Source: Tubiluchus corallicola
Lineage: Eukaryota > Animalia > Priapulida
DNA length: 64,000 nucleotides
NCBI GenBank assembly: GCA_030141605.1
Contig: JAQGDQ010000431.1
Span: 62,001-126,000 of the forward strand
Direction of reading: 5' to 3'
Shown one piece after another: positions 48,617 to 61,492 of this stretch (positions within the stretch are counted from its first letter, which is position 1; the number at the start of each line of letters is the position of its first letter). The translations under genes were made by a program, and so were the position numbers. The notes under the pieces are model-generated. The model saw only the letters and a list, made by a program, of their open reading frames with translations, was not told the origin of the DNA and searched no databases.

Positions 48617-49328
48617 CCTTTAGCCGACCAAGGTTATTTGCATTTTTTCTATTTAGGCATACAATGAAAACTTTTCAAACTACAATTTGTCACGCAATCA
48701 TACCTTGGGTTTGTTCAAAACTATTATTCATGCTTTCTACAAAGCACGAGTACCAGATACTACCTGATGAGGGGTAATATATTACCCCTTCTTGGTCTTT
48801 TATGTGGGCAGAATTTTAGAGCTTACATAGAAGTATTTTTCATTCTCGCAAAACAATATGTCTTGATAACTGAGAAGTGTTGCAAACCTCCAATTGCAGC
48901 CTGCAGCTCTGCAAAGTGATTTTTCTAATAATCTTCTGAGGAAATTTCATATATGCGGACATTTTTCATTTAGCAATATGGCGGGAACTTTAGCTGTACA
49001 GGTGGCTAACGTTAAAGCTGATGAAGATGAAATTTTAGATGATCCAGCAAGTGAAGACGATGTGGATGTCTCAGAATTAAACAAGGCTTGAAGAACCACA
49101 TATAAACAATACAGTGGAATGGCGGAACGCCTCTTTTTATCCTTGACGCCCTCATATCTATCCCAACTTGCCACAGAACTTGGTTTTGTCTAAAAGGAGT
49201 ACCTGGATTACTAGTTGATCATTCTATCCAGTCAGTAACACATTTTAAGCAAAACTTTCATGGAGCAATTTGTTACCTCACTTGGTCTTTATCATAATAA
49301 TTATAAAAACTCCTTGGTCGGCGGAGGG
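48617..49328. mobile_element. piggyBac-like non-autonomous element
   Basis: TTAA-CCTTTAGCCGACCAAGG ... CCTTGGTCGGCGGAGGG-TTAA. An internal acidic stretch (DEDEILDDPASEDDVDVSE) resembles a transposase N-terminus. Confidence 0.75.
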
Positions 49329-49604
49329 TTAAAGCTTCGCAGCCATGGCATAGGCGTATCCATTTTACTAATTAAATATAATGGGACAAAATTAACAAGA
49401 CAGCTTGTCGATTTGAATCTCAGCTCAACATTATAATTCTTGTTCTTGGTTCGTCATAAGCCACCCGATAGTGGATAATCATTATTACCTCATTAATGCG
49501 TTTAGCAAATGTTATAAATATTACTCGTGTCGCATGTTTTTTGCAAGCCTTGTATCGTCATGTTATATACACAGCGACAATCGTTTATTTTATATATATC
49601 TGAA

Positions 49605-50415
49605 CATGACGTCGTAGTCATCTGAGTGCTGCTATGCTCTAAAAGCATGGCATGTCCCACCTGTTGATGCCACGCATTCCTGTCCACCCCCATTGCCCAC
49701 GATGCATCATCCCTCAAATCTAAAGTTGTATATTTACTATCAGTATATCTATATACATCAGTAGCTGACCTCCTCTTGGCTTTTTTGTCTTTTCAAGAGT
49801 TTTGCGTAATGCTATAGGAAGAGGAGACTCTTGAGCTAATCTTAGTGCATGCCCAATCTAATGCAATCTTCTTACTTGTATTTGTTTACTCCAAGGATTC
49901 TTCTTGACCACATCATACAGATCATCATTGGATATTCTGTCAGACTATTTAATCTTAGTGCATACCCAATCCAATGCAATCTTCTTATTTGTATTTGTTT
50001 ACTCCAAGGATTCTTCTTGACCACATCATACAGATCATCATTGGATATTCTGTCAGACTATTTAATCTTAGTGCATACCCAATCCAATGCAATCTTCTTA
50101 TTTGTATTTGTTTACTCCAAGGATTCTTCTTGACCACATCATACAGATCATCATTGGATATTCTGTCAGACTATTTAATCTTAGTGCATACCCAATCCAA
50201 TGCAATCTTCTTACTTGTATTTGTTTACTCCAAGGATTCTTCTTGACCACATCATACAGATCATCATTGGATATTCTGTCAGACTATTTAATCTTAGTGC
50301 ATACCCAATCCAATGCAATCTTCTTACTTGTATTTGTATACTCCAAGGATTCTTCTTGACCACATCACACAGATCATCATTGGATATTCTGTCGGGTGAT
50401 TTAATTGCCTGTAAC
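49605..50415 (-). mobile_element. 5'-truncated RTE-clade LINE with an internal 113-bp tandem amplification
   Basis: Minus-strand frame: IKSPDRISNDDL...KKNPWSKQIQVRRLHWIG(H/Y)ALRLAQESPLPIALRKTLEKTKKPRGGQ...DRNAW. Confidence 0.75.
49838..50393. repeat. 113-bp tandem repeat, about 5 near-identical copies
   Basis: ORF offsets 49974/50087/50200; the unit starts TAATCTTAGTGCATACCCAATCC. Confidence 0.95.
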
Positions 50416-50644
50416 TTTTTATAAACCCGTCTTTGGAAAGCGTCAATTTTGCTTCTGTTGTTTAACTTTTATTGTCCATAGCTCAGCGCTGTACAAACAA
50501 CACGTTCAACTAAAGTCGAAAGGATCCGCACGCTACAACGTCAACTCCAAAAATAAATTTAAAGTGCAGATACAATCACTACGTTTCTCGCTGTCTATAT
50601 ACATTATGTTCAAACTGTAGACGCTTTTTGCACGACATTGTAAT

Positions 50645-50905
50645 ACACTCACATCTTGGTTTGCAAGACAAAAGTGGGGAGACATTGGTCCGAATTTGCG
50701 GATTGTCCGTATTTTGCGATACTAAGCTAATCACAGTAGGTGCTGTGTATTAGACTCACTGTTATGTAGATTCAATCACCTAATTGTCTCAAAAACGTCT
50801 AGTACGAGCCGCTCCTATGCAAAGCTATATAAAAACTGTTGGCAATTGACTCAAATAACTCCGCATAATTGATTTTATTTATGACTCTATTTTTTCTGCA
50901 CATGC
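50645..50905. mobile_element. MITE family D partial copy, inverted relative to 14020-14433
   Basis: TCACCTAATTGTCTCAAAAACGTCTAGTACG is the reverse complement of about 14274-14305. Confidence 0.65.
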
Positions 50906-51060
50906 TTAAATGAGATACTTTTGTGTGACGAATGAGCTTTTACTATGTATGTCACACAGTTTGATTCTGAGGTTATCATATTACACCAGAGCTAAATTAT
51001 TCTATGTTAAAGTTTGGAACAATATTACAAAGCTTGTAGTTCAACGGTTTTTGTTTACAG

Positions 51061-52128
51061 GTGAAAATTTTGGTTCCAAATTCGACGGCAGGGATGATCA
51101 TAGGCAAGGGTGGTTCGTACATCAAACAGATCAAAGAAGAGACCGGTACATTTGTACAAATATCCCAAAAGGCGAAGGACCAACAGCTAACAGAGCGGTG
51201 CATAACCGTCATAGGCGAAGCGGAGCAGTTGCAGTTGGCGTGCCGTATGATACTCGGAAAAATTGCTGATGATCCGCAGAGTAACAGCTGTCCCAACGTG
51301 AGTTACAGCGATTTCACGGGTCCGGTAGCAAACGTAAACCCGTCAGGATCACCATACGCTCACACACATTCCAACATCGGAGCACTGCAGAATGTTGCCC
51401 CCGCACTGAGCCAAGCCAATGCAATCAGCAACGGTTTAGCCAACACGCTAAGCGGAATTGCGACTAGCTTGCCGATACAGCAGTCGAGTTCCGCCCTGTT
51501 TGAACAGATTCAGACCACGCTGAGAAACAGTGGCTTCTCTGAGCAGGCCACGGCTGAAATTACCGTCGCGATGAATACGTTAGCTACTTACGGAATACTA
51601 GCAATCGGACTCAATGGCCTGCAGGCATTAACAAGCGGCCAGGCCAATAATAACAACAGTTTACTCAGTGCTAACTACACTAATAGTAGTGTATTTGGAC
51701 CGGTTGGCAGCTCAAGCGGAATGGGAAGTCCTGGGCGAAACGAGTTAGCTAGGTACACTGTAGGCGATGCCACGACTGCAACTGTAGCGACAAGTCATTC
51801 GTTTAACGGTCACAACAGCGCAGCACAAAATTCGGGTAAGCGTAGTCCGGACAAGGATGCGTCCAAGGTTGACCTAGAAATTAATGATAACATCGTCGGT
51901 GCTATCCTGGGTCCCGGCGGGCGCACCCTGGTGGAGATTCAACAGTTCAGCGGAGCTAACATTCAGATCAGTAAGAAGGGAATTTATGCACCGGGAACTC
52001 AGAACCGCGTGGTGACCATTACAGGTGACGCCACGCAGATACAACGGGCGCAATTTCTTATGCACCAAAAAATATCAAACGAGGAGGCTAAAAGGATGAA
52101 ACAAGGGAGTGGCAGTGTATCACACTAG
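51061..52128 (+). CDS. NOVA: Nova coding exon 4 (KH2, long spacer, KH3, stop)
   Basis: TTTTGTTTACAG| then VKILVPNSTAGMIIGKGG, KIADDPQSNSCPNVSYSDFTGPVANVNPSGSPYA, EITVAMNTLATYGIL and IVGAILGPGGRTLVEIQQFSGANIQISKKGIYAPGTQNRVVTITG, all Nova/pasilla hallmarks. Confidence 0.97.
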   Translation: MKILVPNSTAGMIIGKGGSYIKQIKEETGTFVQISQKAKDQQLTERCITVIGEAEQLQLACRMILGKIADDPQSNSCPNVSYSDFTGPVANVNPSGSPYAHTHSNIGALQNVAPALSQANAISNGLANTLSGIATSLPIQQSSSALFEQIQTTLRNSGFSEQATAEITVAMNTLATYGILAIGLNGLQALTSGQANNNNSLLSANYTNSSVFGPVGSSSGMGSPGRNELARYTVGDATTATVATSHSFNGHNSAAQNSGKRSPDKDASKVDLEINDNIVGAILGPGGRTLVEIQQFSGANIQISKKGIYAPGTQNRVVTITGDATQIQRAQFLMHQKISNEEAKRMKQGSGSVSH

Positions 52129-54221
52129 TGTCACCATGTACAGAATTCATTCAATCATTGCGCACTATACATGAACTTGTAAGAATATGTCGCCACATCT
52201 CATTTTAGAAAAAAGAGAGTCGACCGATTTCACTGTAAATTTCGATGAAAATTTTAGGTGTACAGAAGATGATATTCCCTCGCCGGTGTTGTTGCAAATG
52301 ACTAGTTAGACGAAGATATGAGATTCGAAGAATTGTTGTCCCGAAATGCTACATCTGTAAATGCGCTTACTAAACATTTTGGTAGTTTTTTTCCGCAGTA
52401 AATTTTAGTTCAAATGTCAAGATTTAGCACGAAGCGAAGACTTATTCAAGTGGATAAACGACCATTTTTATTCGAACTGTGCTTCAAGGCCGAGTGCATT
52501 CATTTTGAGTATCCATGTGTAACTGTGGCATGTTTGATGGGTATTTGGAAATATCCAACTTACAAGGAAATTCAACCTGCTGTATTTTCCTTTTTTCACT
52601 CAATGCTGGAAAGCCTGCTAAAGCTTCCTGGGGAAAGGAGGCTCGGTGTCCGGAGCTTTTGTGAAACGTGTTTTTGGACAACGATGATTGTTGTGTTGTA
52701 TTTTTGGTTTTCTTAAACTGCAATTTGTTTTGTTTTGCTAATCAGTGAGACTACCGTGCCGTACAGTACTTACCGCACAAGTCTTACAAGCGCATTATGT
52801 CACATTCCGCATTTTCTGCACGTTTGCTGGGTGAACTAGGGATAAAATTAGCTGTGTACTCTCAGCTGCAGCTAATAAATTCACGTCACCGCTTCATCAT
52901 GTCAGCTGCTATCATTTTCATTTGTGCACGAGCAAATTGGCATTCTTCCAAATCGGAGCACGCTTCACTTTCGCATTCAGACGCATGCACACAATGAGTG
53001 TCCTCATATTTCACAGGAAGACACTTATCAGATCTTCATTTAAACACTCGTGTGTTCGATAAGTTGAAAAAAAATTTGATTTTATTGATTTTAACTAAGT
53101 AATTTTAGTTCTCAAGATGAATGTTTGTAACTCAGTAAGACGTCTTAAAATCGTAGTGATCGCTAAACTAATTTTGTGTTCACCTTTTAACATTCTGCTG
53201 TAATATTCAATGTTTGTGAATTTTTGTTTGCCTGCTGTTGCTTATCATTAGTGAAGTTTTCATTTTTATACTCAGTTTATTTCATTCATGCTGTTTTATG
53301 TTTTCATTTCATACTTTTGCAAATTAGGCTTTTGCATATTTTTTCCGGTGTGTTAATTACACTCATTTTCTCCACATGTATGAATACATCTAAAATGTTT
53401 TATTGGGTCGCTTTGGTGTTGTGAAAGCATAGTTCTCGGTATCGTGTTGTATATCATATCTATATATCCTGTTGTATATACTTAGCATATTGTCTTAGTT
53501 AATTGTATTATATAATCAGTTCTAACTAATGGACTCAAATACGCCGGTAGTTCTTGGTCAATTTTAAACTCCCATTAGATTTTACAGAACAAGTAGAGAA
53601 TGTACTAAGATGTTAAAAATTAGGATCGTTCCCTCCTGTCAAGTATTTGTATAGATTCACTGAAATCACTTCTCGTTTAGACAAAAGCTTGCAATAACTG
53701 TAAGGTACCATTCCGCGATTCATTCATTTACATCATTCTAGCAGATCACGTCATTTTTTGACCAGAGCGGTTTCATAATGACGTGTTTCCAGAGTGTGTC
53801 AACATGCCACATGGTAAAATCAACTATTGACTTTACGAGCATCAATGCATAGAACAGGGCAGTGCTAGAAACTTGAATGAACATGTAAAAATCTGTAAAA
53901 CACAAAGCACTTCTTCTATTAATGGCAATCATTAGCAATGGAGGTGGAGTAATTTACATGGATTCGTTCATGCATCATCGTCATGGTCATCGTCCGAACC
54001 ACATTCACCGTCTGGCAGTCTTGCTTTTTGTTGATCGTGTAATTTATTTCCTGCTGCTGAGGTACATGATTTGACACTTCTAAGCTTTTCAAACTTCAGA
54101 CTTATTAGTTCTAGTGCATCATACTTGTTATTAGTCTGTATATCTGTTTTTTGTTCTTCAAAGATATAATTATGTTCAATAACATATATGGTGTTAGTTT
54201 GTTTTTTGTGCAGTGCAGTTT

Positions 54222-54259
54222 AAGTAGTAGTAATGGTGTTAGTACTAGTAATAGTAGTG

Positions 54260-54291
<32 letters not shown>

Positions 54292-54355
54292 GCTGGTTGT
54301 AATGCTAGTAGTAGTGGTGGTGGTGGTAGGCAGTAGTACTAGTAATAGTAGCAGT
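54222..54355. repeat. (AGT/GGT)n microsatellite
   Basis: Visible directly in the sequence. Confidence 0.85.
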
Positions 54356-55797
54356 ATAGGTGTACACTTGACAACGCGTCACAGCCCATGCTATCGTAAT
54401 AGTAACAGTTTTAACAGCTAGACAGAACTTTACTTACTTCATTTTTTCTTGTTCCCAAGCAAGATCCTGCTGGTAAATCATTCTAAGCACAGACTAATGC
54501 ATAATTAAGACAAGTCCACGTAAAACAACTGTAGTTACTAAACTGATGCGGTTGTAGTTAAAACATGTTGTTGTGATTCACTTAACCTTTGATCTACAGC
54601 AACTGCACATGTGCACAACGAAACTATGAAAAGGCTTATTCAAATCTCCTGTAGGTATGATGTGTAGAGCTCTAATTAAAACTTACTAAACATATGTACT
54701 GGTTAACAAAGAAAATTCTGCATCCACCCGAAGCTTCCTGTTTGCAATACAAAAACTTCTTGACTAGAGTTCATTAATCACTCACAAATCAACCTTAATT
54801 TTTAGTTGATTCTGCTGTAGTTGAACGAAAAGAGTTGAACATGTGTCGCATAACAATCTTGACTAACCCAGCTTATACAGCCATTCTAAGAAATTCAGTA
54901 ATTTTCAATAATACTCCACTTTTGAAGTAAGGCTAGTTTAACCTTTGTCTCAGAACTCCATATAGAACCATGTTTAGCCAAACTTACTGGCTAAGAGGCG
55001 CCCTCTGTATGTAGCATGAATTTCAAATTGAAATGCAATAATTGTGTGCTTGCAAATCAAAATTGTCCATAAGTTGGCATAATTAAAACTATGTTATGAT
55101 GCTTGAAAGTAGAATGCTGCCAAAATTTGTTGGTCAAATGTCAATTTTTATAAAAACAAACACTAAATATATTGGACTTGTGTATTCTACCACCAATTTG
55201 TCAAGAAAATGTTTAAAATATAGTAAAACTCTAATTTTATAACCCCTGTGCTCACTTTTCTGTCTAGAAACTACAATTCTTCTGTCTAGAAACTACAATT
55301 GAGAAAAACTTGCGTTTTGTAGAAACGTAACAAAAACAATGGTCAACTTTAACATTGATTTTCTCAAGATTATGTTTTTCAGTGTGCAGTCTGCACCTCA
55401 ACTTCAATGTGGTTTATCTCAGCTTAGAAATAACATAGAGCAATGGTTCATAGAGCAATAATGAATTTGGTATTAAAATAATCCTCACGAAATGGAGATT
55501 CAGGATATGTGAATAACTAGAAAAGCTTAATTGCTGACTTATGTTATGCAAGCACACAATTATCAAGTAATTAAGATCAGCAAAACAGAAATCTAACAAA
55601 TTGTTACAAACGAAAATGTTTAATTTTCTATTACAAGAACAAAAAACGCACGACAAAGTGCAAATGAATTCACATCGCATACAGTAAGTATTATATACAA
55701 GCCAAGAATTTGAGAAACATGACGACAAAGTGCGAAGAAGCATCACGAAGTCGGCTGATCATTCAGAGAAGAGATTGGTATAGAAAGTTTGTGTTAA

Positions 55798-56418
55798 GCT
55801 ATGACTCCATGTGAGCGTAATGCCTGATGCGCATTGACTGTTTCCATGTGTCTGTAAGCATGTATTAACAAAGCTCACGGCACTTTCGCCATTTTCGGTC
55901 ATTATTCGTGAAAATTACAAGCAATAATTTTTGGTAACCGTGTCGCTGAAATTTAAGCATGACAATTACAGGTGCAGCTTAGCTTAATATTTTACTATTA
56001 GACGGAAAAGAGGTTTTGGGTGCACAACATTTTGCAGGGGAGAGAACAATACGGCACATGTCATCCATTAGTGAAAGAACTGCAATTACATGCACAACAC
56101 ATAATTACATGCTTCTCCCAACTCTCAAAAACTGAAATGGAAAAAATATTATTGTTTATAAGTCCTAAAGTGACCAAAACTCATCTACCTAGAATTTTCA
56201 GAAAGCTAAACAGTGAAAATGGTCACCAGAAGCTTGAAAACTCGCTATAATCACCTAGGCAACGGCGGTTTCCCGCCTGCGTGATGCGTATTCGGACGAA
56301 TGAATACAGATCACACATCATGCATTATGCACACATGGAAACACTTCTACAAATTTAAATACAAACTGTTGTATACGGATTAACGGATCACGCATTACAT
56401 ACACATGGAGTCATACCT
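55798..56418. mobile_element. MITE of uncertain superfamily
   Basis: TIR TATGACTCCATGTG..CGTAATGC ... GCATTACATACACATGGAGTCATA. Confidence 0.65.
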
Positions 56419-56725
56419 TTACAGTGCTATAAAAATGGACGACATTGATAAAGTTTTAATGCTAACATATTCTGAACAATTTGCAAGATTGCAAGGTTAG
56501 GTACTGTCTTGCTGTTGGTAAACTACATTTTCAAGTATGTAACTATCAAAAAGCATACACATATAGCTGTTACTATTGCTTTCCATTTAGTATCTGCAAG
56601 ACATTTTTGAAATAAACTTTAAAATTTCTGAAAAGTGCATGGTTTCGTCTGAACATCATCATATGCCCATCATGTCTGTTGTAGACAATGGGCAGGCAGA
56701 ATTCTAAAATTCAATATACTTACAA

Positions 56726-57825
56726 TAGGGGTGAGCATCGGACATTCGAATTCGATTCAAACGAGTTCTTTTACTTCGAATTTATTCTAACCGAAAATTA
56801 TAGACACGAACGATTCAGCACTTCAGCTGCATTCGTTCTTTATCGTTAAAACATTTGAAATAGCATGGAAACGGCACAATTTAACTGCCGTTTCTGCACA
56901 CATTTTTTAAACAAATTTGTTAGTGTTTTTACTGCAGAATATAATCAAGTAATATGCATGATCTTTGCGAGATTGTTTTTTATTAACTCCGTCAGGACTG
57001 TACCATTCAAGATAGGCATAAGACCTATGACTTTTCCACTACTGTATGAGCACAGATATAACTAAATGATTACAAATTATGTACTGTTCCATTCAGGAGA
57101 ATCTCGGCTATCCAGTCACGCTATCTGTTTAAACATTTATAAGTGATTTAGTTGGATACAATTAAGAAAAACCCGCCCTCTTCAGGCACTCCAACTTGTC
57201 CTATTCAGTAACTTAGTCTGGAGTACACAAGCATGATCGTAAACACTATTTTATTGATCACCTGCTTGCTACAGCCCAAGCTGTGCAGTGTTCTGCAGCC
57301 ATTCCAGGAGAAATGGATCGATCAGTCCAGGAAAAATTAAGATCATTTCATCTTTTAACAGGAATTTTTCCTTAAAAATAGAGTAGACTTGAGGCCAAAG
57401 TGAATCAGAGTGTTGTGTCTGGATGATTGAAATTTTCTGCATTAGCCGATTTCACACAAGTGATGCTGTACATTGTTACAGTGCAAACACTGCAGTTACT
57501 AAAAGCTTTTTTCAATTTTTTCATCAAAAAATCGATTTTTAATTTGCCTAAGGTAAGCAAATTCATATAATTTTGTATGAAAATCCATTGTTTGAGGAGC
57601 AGAAACCTGCAAAAATTATCAATTATAACGTAATCACTGCTTTTTGAGAGCAGTTTTTCATGAACCAGTGCGAAATGCATCAAATGTTTACGGCCCATAA
57701 CGAGTTAATGAATCGAAAATCTTTGCTAGCTGAATTCCGATTCGAAATTCGATTTGTGTCAAATTCAAAATTTATAAATTCGATTCAACTCGAATTGACT
57801 TTCTGGCAGAGAATGCTCACCCCTA
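56726..57825. mobile_element. hAT-like non-autonomous element with TTCGA subterminal repeats
   Basis: TIR TAGGGGTGAGCAT ... ATGCTCACCCCTA; flanks ACTTACAA and TTTTACAA form a 6/8 TSD-like match. Confidence 0.7.
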
Positions 57826-58039
57826 TTTTACAAATGATTGTCTAAGCTATGCCAGGTTCCAAAATCGTGAATTTTAAATGCATTCACGAGATGTAAAAAC
57901 TTACTGCCAACTGCACATATTGTAACGACGATGTCAAAACGTAAGGGCTGAATATGTCAGTACTGTGGGTCGGCTAATCTGATATGAATGCATCACAAGA
58001 CAAATGCATAAACAATAGTTGACTAATTTACCTAAGACA

Positions 58040-58112
58040 TTAACGAATCTGGATTAATCCTGAGGTAAGTAACTTCTCAATTTTTGCTGCTACGTCTGGG
58101 TTCTTTAAATGC
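58040..58112 (-). CDS. STIP1: STIP1/Hop last coding exon (end of DP2)
   Basis: TTTTTCAG| then (E)HLKNPDVAAKIEKLLTSGLIQIR*, matching the STIP1 C-terminus HLKNP...GLI.IR. Confidence 0.92.
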
Positions 58113-58714
58113 CTGAAAAAGCAAGAATTCACTCAGCATGTAACGTAAATTAGGGGTAAATAAAACCTGTGAAGATGCAAAACAGCATAAATATCTACAT
58201 TTAAGAGAACTACACAGAATTTCACACTTCTTTAGTAGGTAGTCAAAACTTTTTTATACTGCCTACTTTGGGACTGCAAAAAAGTTGGTGTTATGGTGAG
58301 TTTGGCACTATAACAAGCTGCATTAATACATACATGTCTATTCAAATACAGAAACGGTAAACTATGTATAACTCGAGCACTTTTGGACCGGAAAATTTGT
58401 TCGAGTTATGCGATACAACGCGTTAGACAATGTTCATAAGAAAGTAAGATTGAGTCACTCATCAACGTCGAACAATACACTAGTAGAACTGCAGCTACAC
58501 TAGTAAATCAACTAAGCTATGGTCACAGTTAGCAACAGCTGAAGAATGTCTTATTGGGGCGGGCCACAGCAAAAATCATATTACAAGTGGTTTTTTATAT
58601 TGAACTCATATTGGCAGGACTTTGAGTAATCATTGTTTCGGAGTTTCGTATTAATCATAAGAGATTACAAAGGTTTAATTATAACCTTGGCAGAGACATA
58701 ACAAAATCATCATA

Positions 58715-59252
58715 CAGTAAACTCCACGATTCAAATCCAAATATTTTGAGTTAGGCGATGTTGGCCATTTTCTAGCACAGAAACTCTAAACCTCTACTCC
58801 ACACGGAGAGCAAAATAGAAGGCAGAAACTCAACCCTTTTATACATAAATAACAAGATCTGATGACAATTATATAATGAATAACAAATTATGTAGTGAAA
58901 CACGATTTTTTTACGTTACAAAAGGACACGCACACAACACGGAAAGACCAATCCCAGGGAAAACAATCGGGGTGCATGACTTGTAAGACATTAGAGTTTT
59001 CCCGGATACAGTTTTTGAGTTGTAGGAAACTTTTTATTTTTCTAGAGCACAAATTGCATTTCTGAGTTAGGCGAAGTAAATTGCATGTTTTTTGATTAAA
59101 TGGACCACAATTTTTTGTTTGAGTTAGGTAAAATTTTGAGTTACACATTTTGAATTAAGCGAAGTTTTTTGTGGGAACATCCGTTCCGCTGAAATTCTTT
59201 AAGTTCGGCCAAAATTTGAGTCATGCGATTTTGAGTTACTCAGAGTTTACTG
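58715..59252. mobile_element. Tc1/mariner-like MITE in the last STIP1 intron
   Basis: TA-CAGTAAACTC ... GAGTTTACTG-TA, with repeated TTTTGAGTTA motifs inside. Confidence 0.6.
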
Positions 59253-59372
59253 TATTGTTACCGAAGTTTCGTTACAAAGCCGAATCGTATTACCGGGATT
59301 CGACTGTAATATTCAGATGACAGGTAAAGAAAGACAAAACGCACACTAGTCACAATGCAAAAATGTATTTAC

Positions 59373-59533
59373 TCTGACAAAGCCTTGGGATCTTTCTGCA
59401 TTTGTTCTAGGATGAGCCTCATTGCCGGGTCCGCAAGGATACTCTGGATTTCTGGATCAGCCATGGCTCTCTTTCTCACCTCTTCCGGGTCGTTTGACGT
59501 CATCATGCAATTTCTGTACCCATCCAGCGCTTC
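59373..59533 (-). CDS. STIP1: STIP1/Hop exon (DP2/STI1 domain)
   Basis: [53 protein letters not shown](E); AAG| acceptor and |GTAAAT donor; phases match the neighbouring exons. Confidence 0.95.
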
Positions 59534-60439
59534 CTTTTAACACAAATTAATATAATTATATGTAAGTTTATTTATCATTACAGTGAACCAAACAGTTGAA
59601 TTACAGTACAGCATAAAATTACAATGAAAAAAAATTTAAAAGAATGAAACAAGGCAGAACACACAGCAACAAGCATTATTACACTGTTACAATATACATG
59701 AACTGCAGTACAGTAGGCAGCATTTGTTAGACTGTCATCTTCACTTTGACTGTGCACTACAATAAACATAGAAACAGTCATGTTAGGTACAACATTGTTT
59801 GTAAGTACATACAGTATGTTTATCATATGCACTAAAATGTTAGGATAGCGGTTTTGCTTGGAATCTGTCGCCCGCTTATGCGCTGCAATTAACCTCGTTG
59901 TTTCTGGAAGTTAAACATTTAAGTACTTGCCCAGGGGTTTGCTTTTGAAACCTGCTGCTTTTCACTACAGCCCAAGCACCATGTGACTAAGTGTCTTACG
60001 TGAACATGTGCATCATACAGCAACAGATTTTAAAAAAATCCAAAAAAATCCCAAAAACCTGATTATTAAAAATTACAAAAATTTGAGCAAGGTCTGTAAT
60101 TTTTAATTTTTGTAATTTTTAATAATCAGATTTTTGGGATTTTTTTATTAATACTCCTAATAAATTACATAGTTATTAATTAATAACGAAATATAATTAC
60201 GAAAATAATTAACAAATTTCGCCAATAATTTCACATAGGTATTTTTGCCATTAATTCGTCTCTAAAATTCATTTAAAGCCTTTGCAATGCATTCTAATGT
60301 GATGAGTGATCACTCATACTTCTATAGTAGTAATATACTAAATTCTGATCAAAGAGACATTTTACATCCGGCATCAGCATCCGAACCTAAACAGCAGAAT
60401 GGAGCGTTATAGCTGCAAATGACTTTATTTTAACTGTAT

Positions 60440-61492
60440 CAGACATGGCTGGCAGACTTGGCTCATGGATGACAAATACACAATACAAGCACCAGACTTG
60501 GCGGGCGGATGAGAAATACACAATACAAGTATCAGACTTGACTCGTGGATGACAAATACAAGTACCAGACTTGGCTTGTGGATGACAAATTCACAATACA
60601 AGTACCAGACTTGGTTGGCAGATGACAAATACACAATACAACTACTAAACTTGGCTGGGGGATGACAAATACACAATACAAGTACCAGACTTGGCTGGCA
60701 GATGACAAATACACAATATAAGTACCAGACTAGGCTGGTGGATGACAAATACACAATACAAGTACCAGACTTGGCTGGCGGATGACAAATACACAATACA
60801 ACTACTAGACTAGGCTGGGGGATGACAAATACACAATACAAGTACCAGACTTGGCTAATGGATGACAAATACACAATACAAGTACCAGACTTGGCTAATG
60901 GATGACGAATACACAATACAAGTACCAGACTTGGCTGGGGTGTGGTGTTGGTGGGGTGTGTTGGTTGTGGTGGTGTTGTCAGACTTGGCGATGGATGACA
61001 AATACACAATACAAGAACCAGACTTGGCTAATGGATGCCAAATACACAATACAAGTACCAGACTTGGTTGGCGGATGACAAATATGCATTACAACTGCCA
61101 GACGTGGCTGGCAGAAGACAAATACACAATACAAGTATCAGACTTGGCTAATGGATGACAAATACACAATACAAGAACCAGACTTGGCTAATGGATGACA
61201 AATACACAATACAAGAACCAGACTTGGCTAATGGATGACAAATACACAATACAAGAACCAGACTTGGCTAATGGATGACAAATATGCATTACAACTGCCA
61301 GACTTGGCTGGCGGATGACAAATACATAATACAAGAACCAGACTTGGCTAATGGATGATAAATACAAAATACAACTGCCAGACTTGGCTGGCGGATGACA
61401 AATATGCAATACAACTGCCAGACTTGACTGGTGGATGACAAATACACAATACAAGAACCAGACTTGGCTAATGGATGACAAATACACAATAC
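60440..61492. repeat. 40-bp minisatellite, roughly 25 copies, beginning at a STIP1 splice donor
   Basis: Plus-strand unit GACAAATACACAATACAAGTACCAGACTTGGCTRRYGGAT, interrupted by a GT-rich insert at about 60938-60978. Confidence 0.95.

Noticed and set aside
48760-48795. CTGATGA followed by the perfect hairpin GGGGTAAT-AT-ATTACCCC as a hammerhead ribozyme
   Set aside because: The essential GAAA after stem II is missing. At best it is a dead relic inside the piggyBac-like element.
51061-51063. GTG as the start of a standalone 355-aa KH protein
   Set aside because: It is the first codon (Val) after a strong acceptor, and upstream exons supply the NLS and KH1 in frame.
60425-61490. Cys-rich ORFs of up to 194 aa on the minus strand
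   Set aside because: Translations of the 40-bp minisatellite inside a STIP1 intron.
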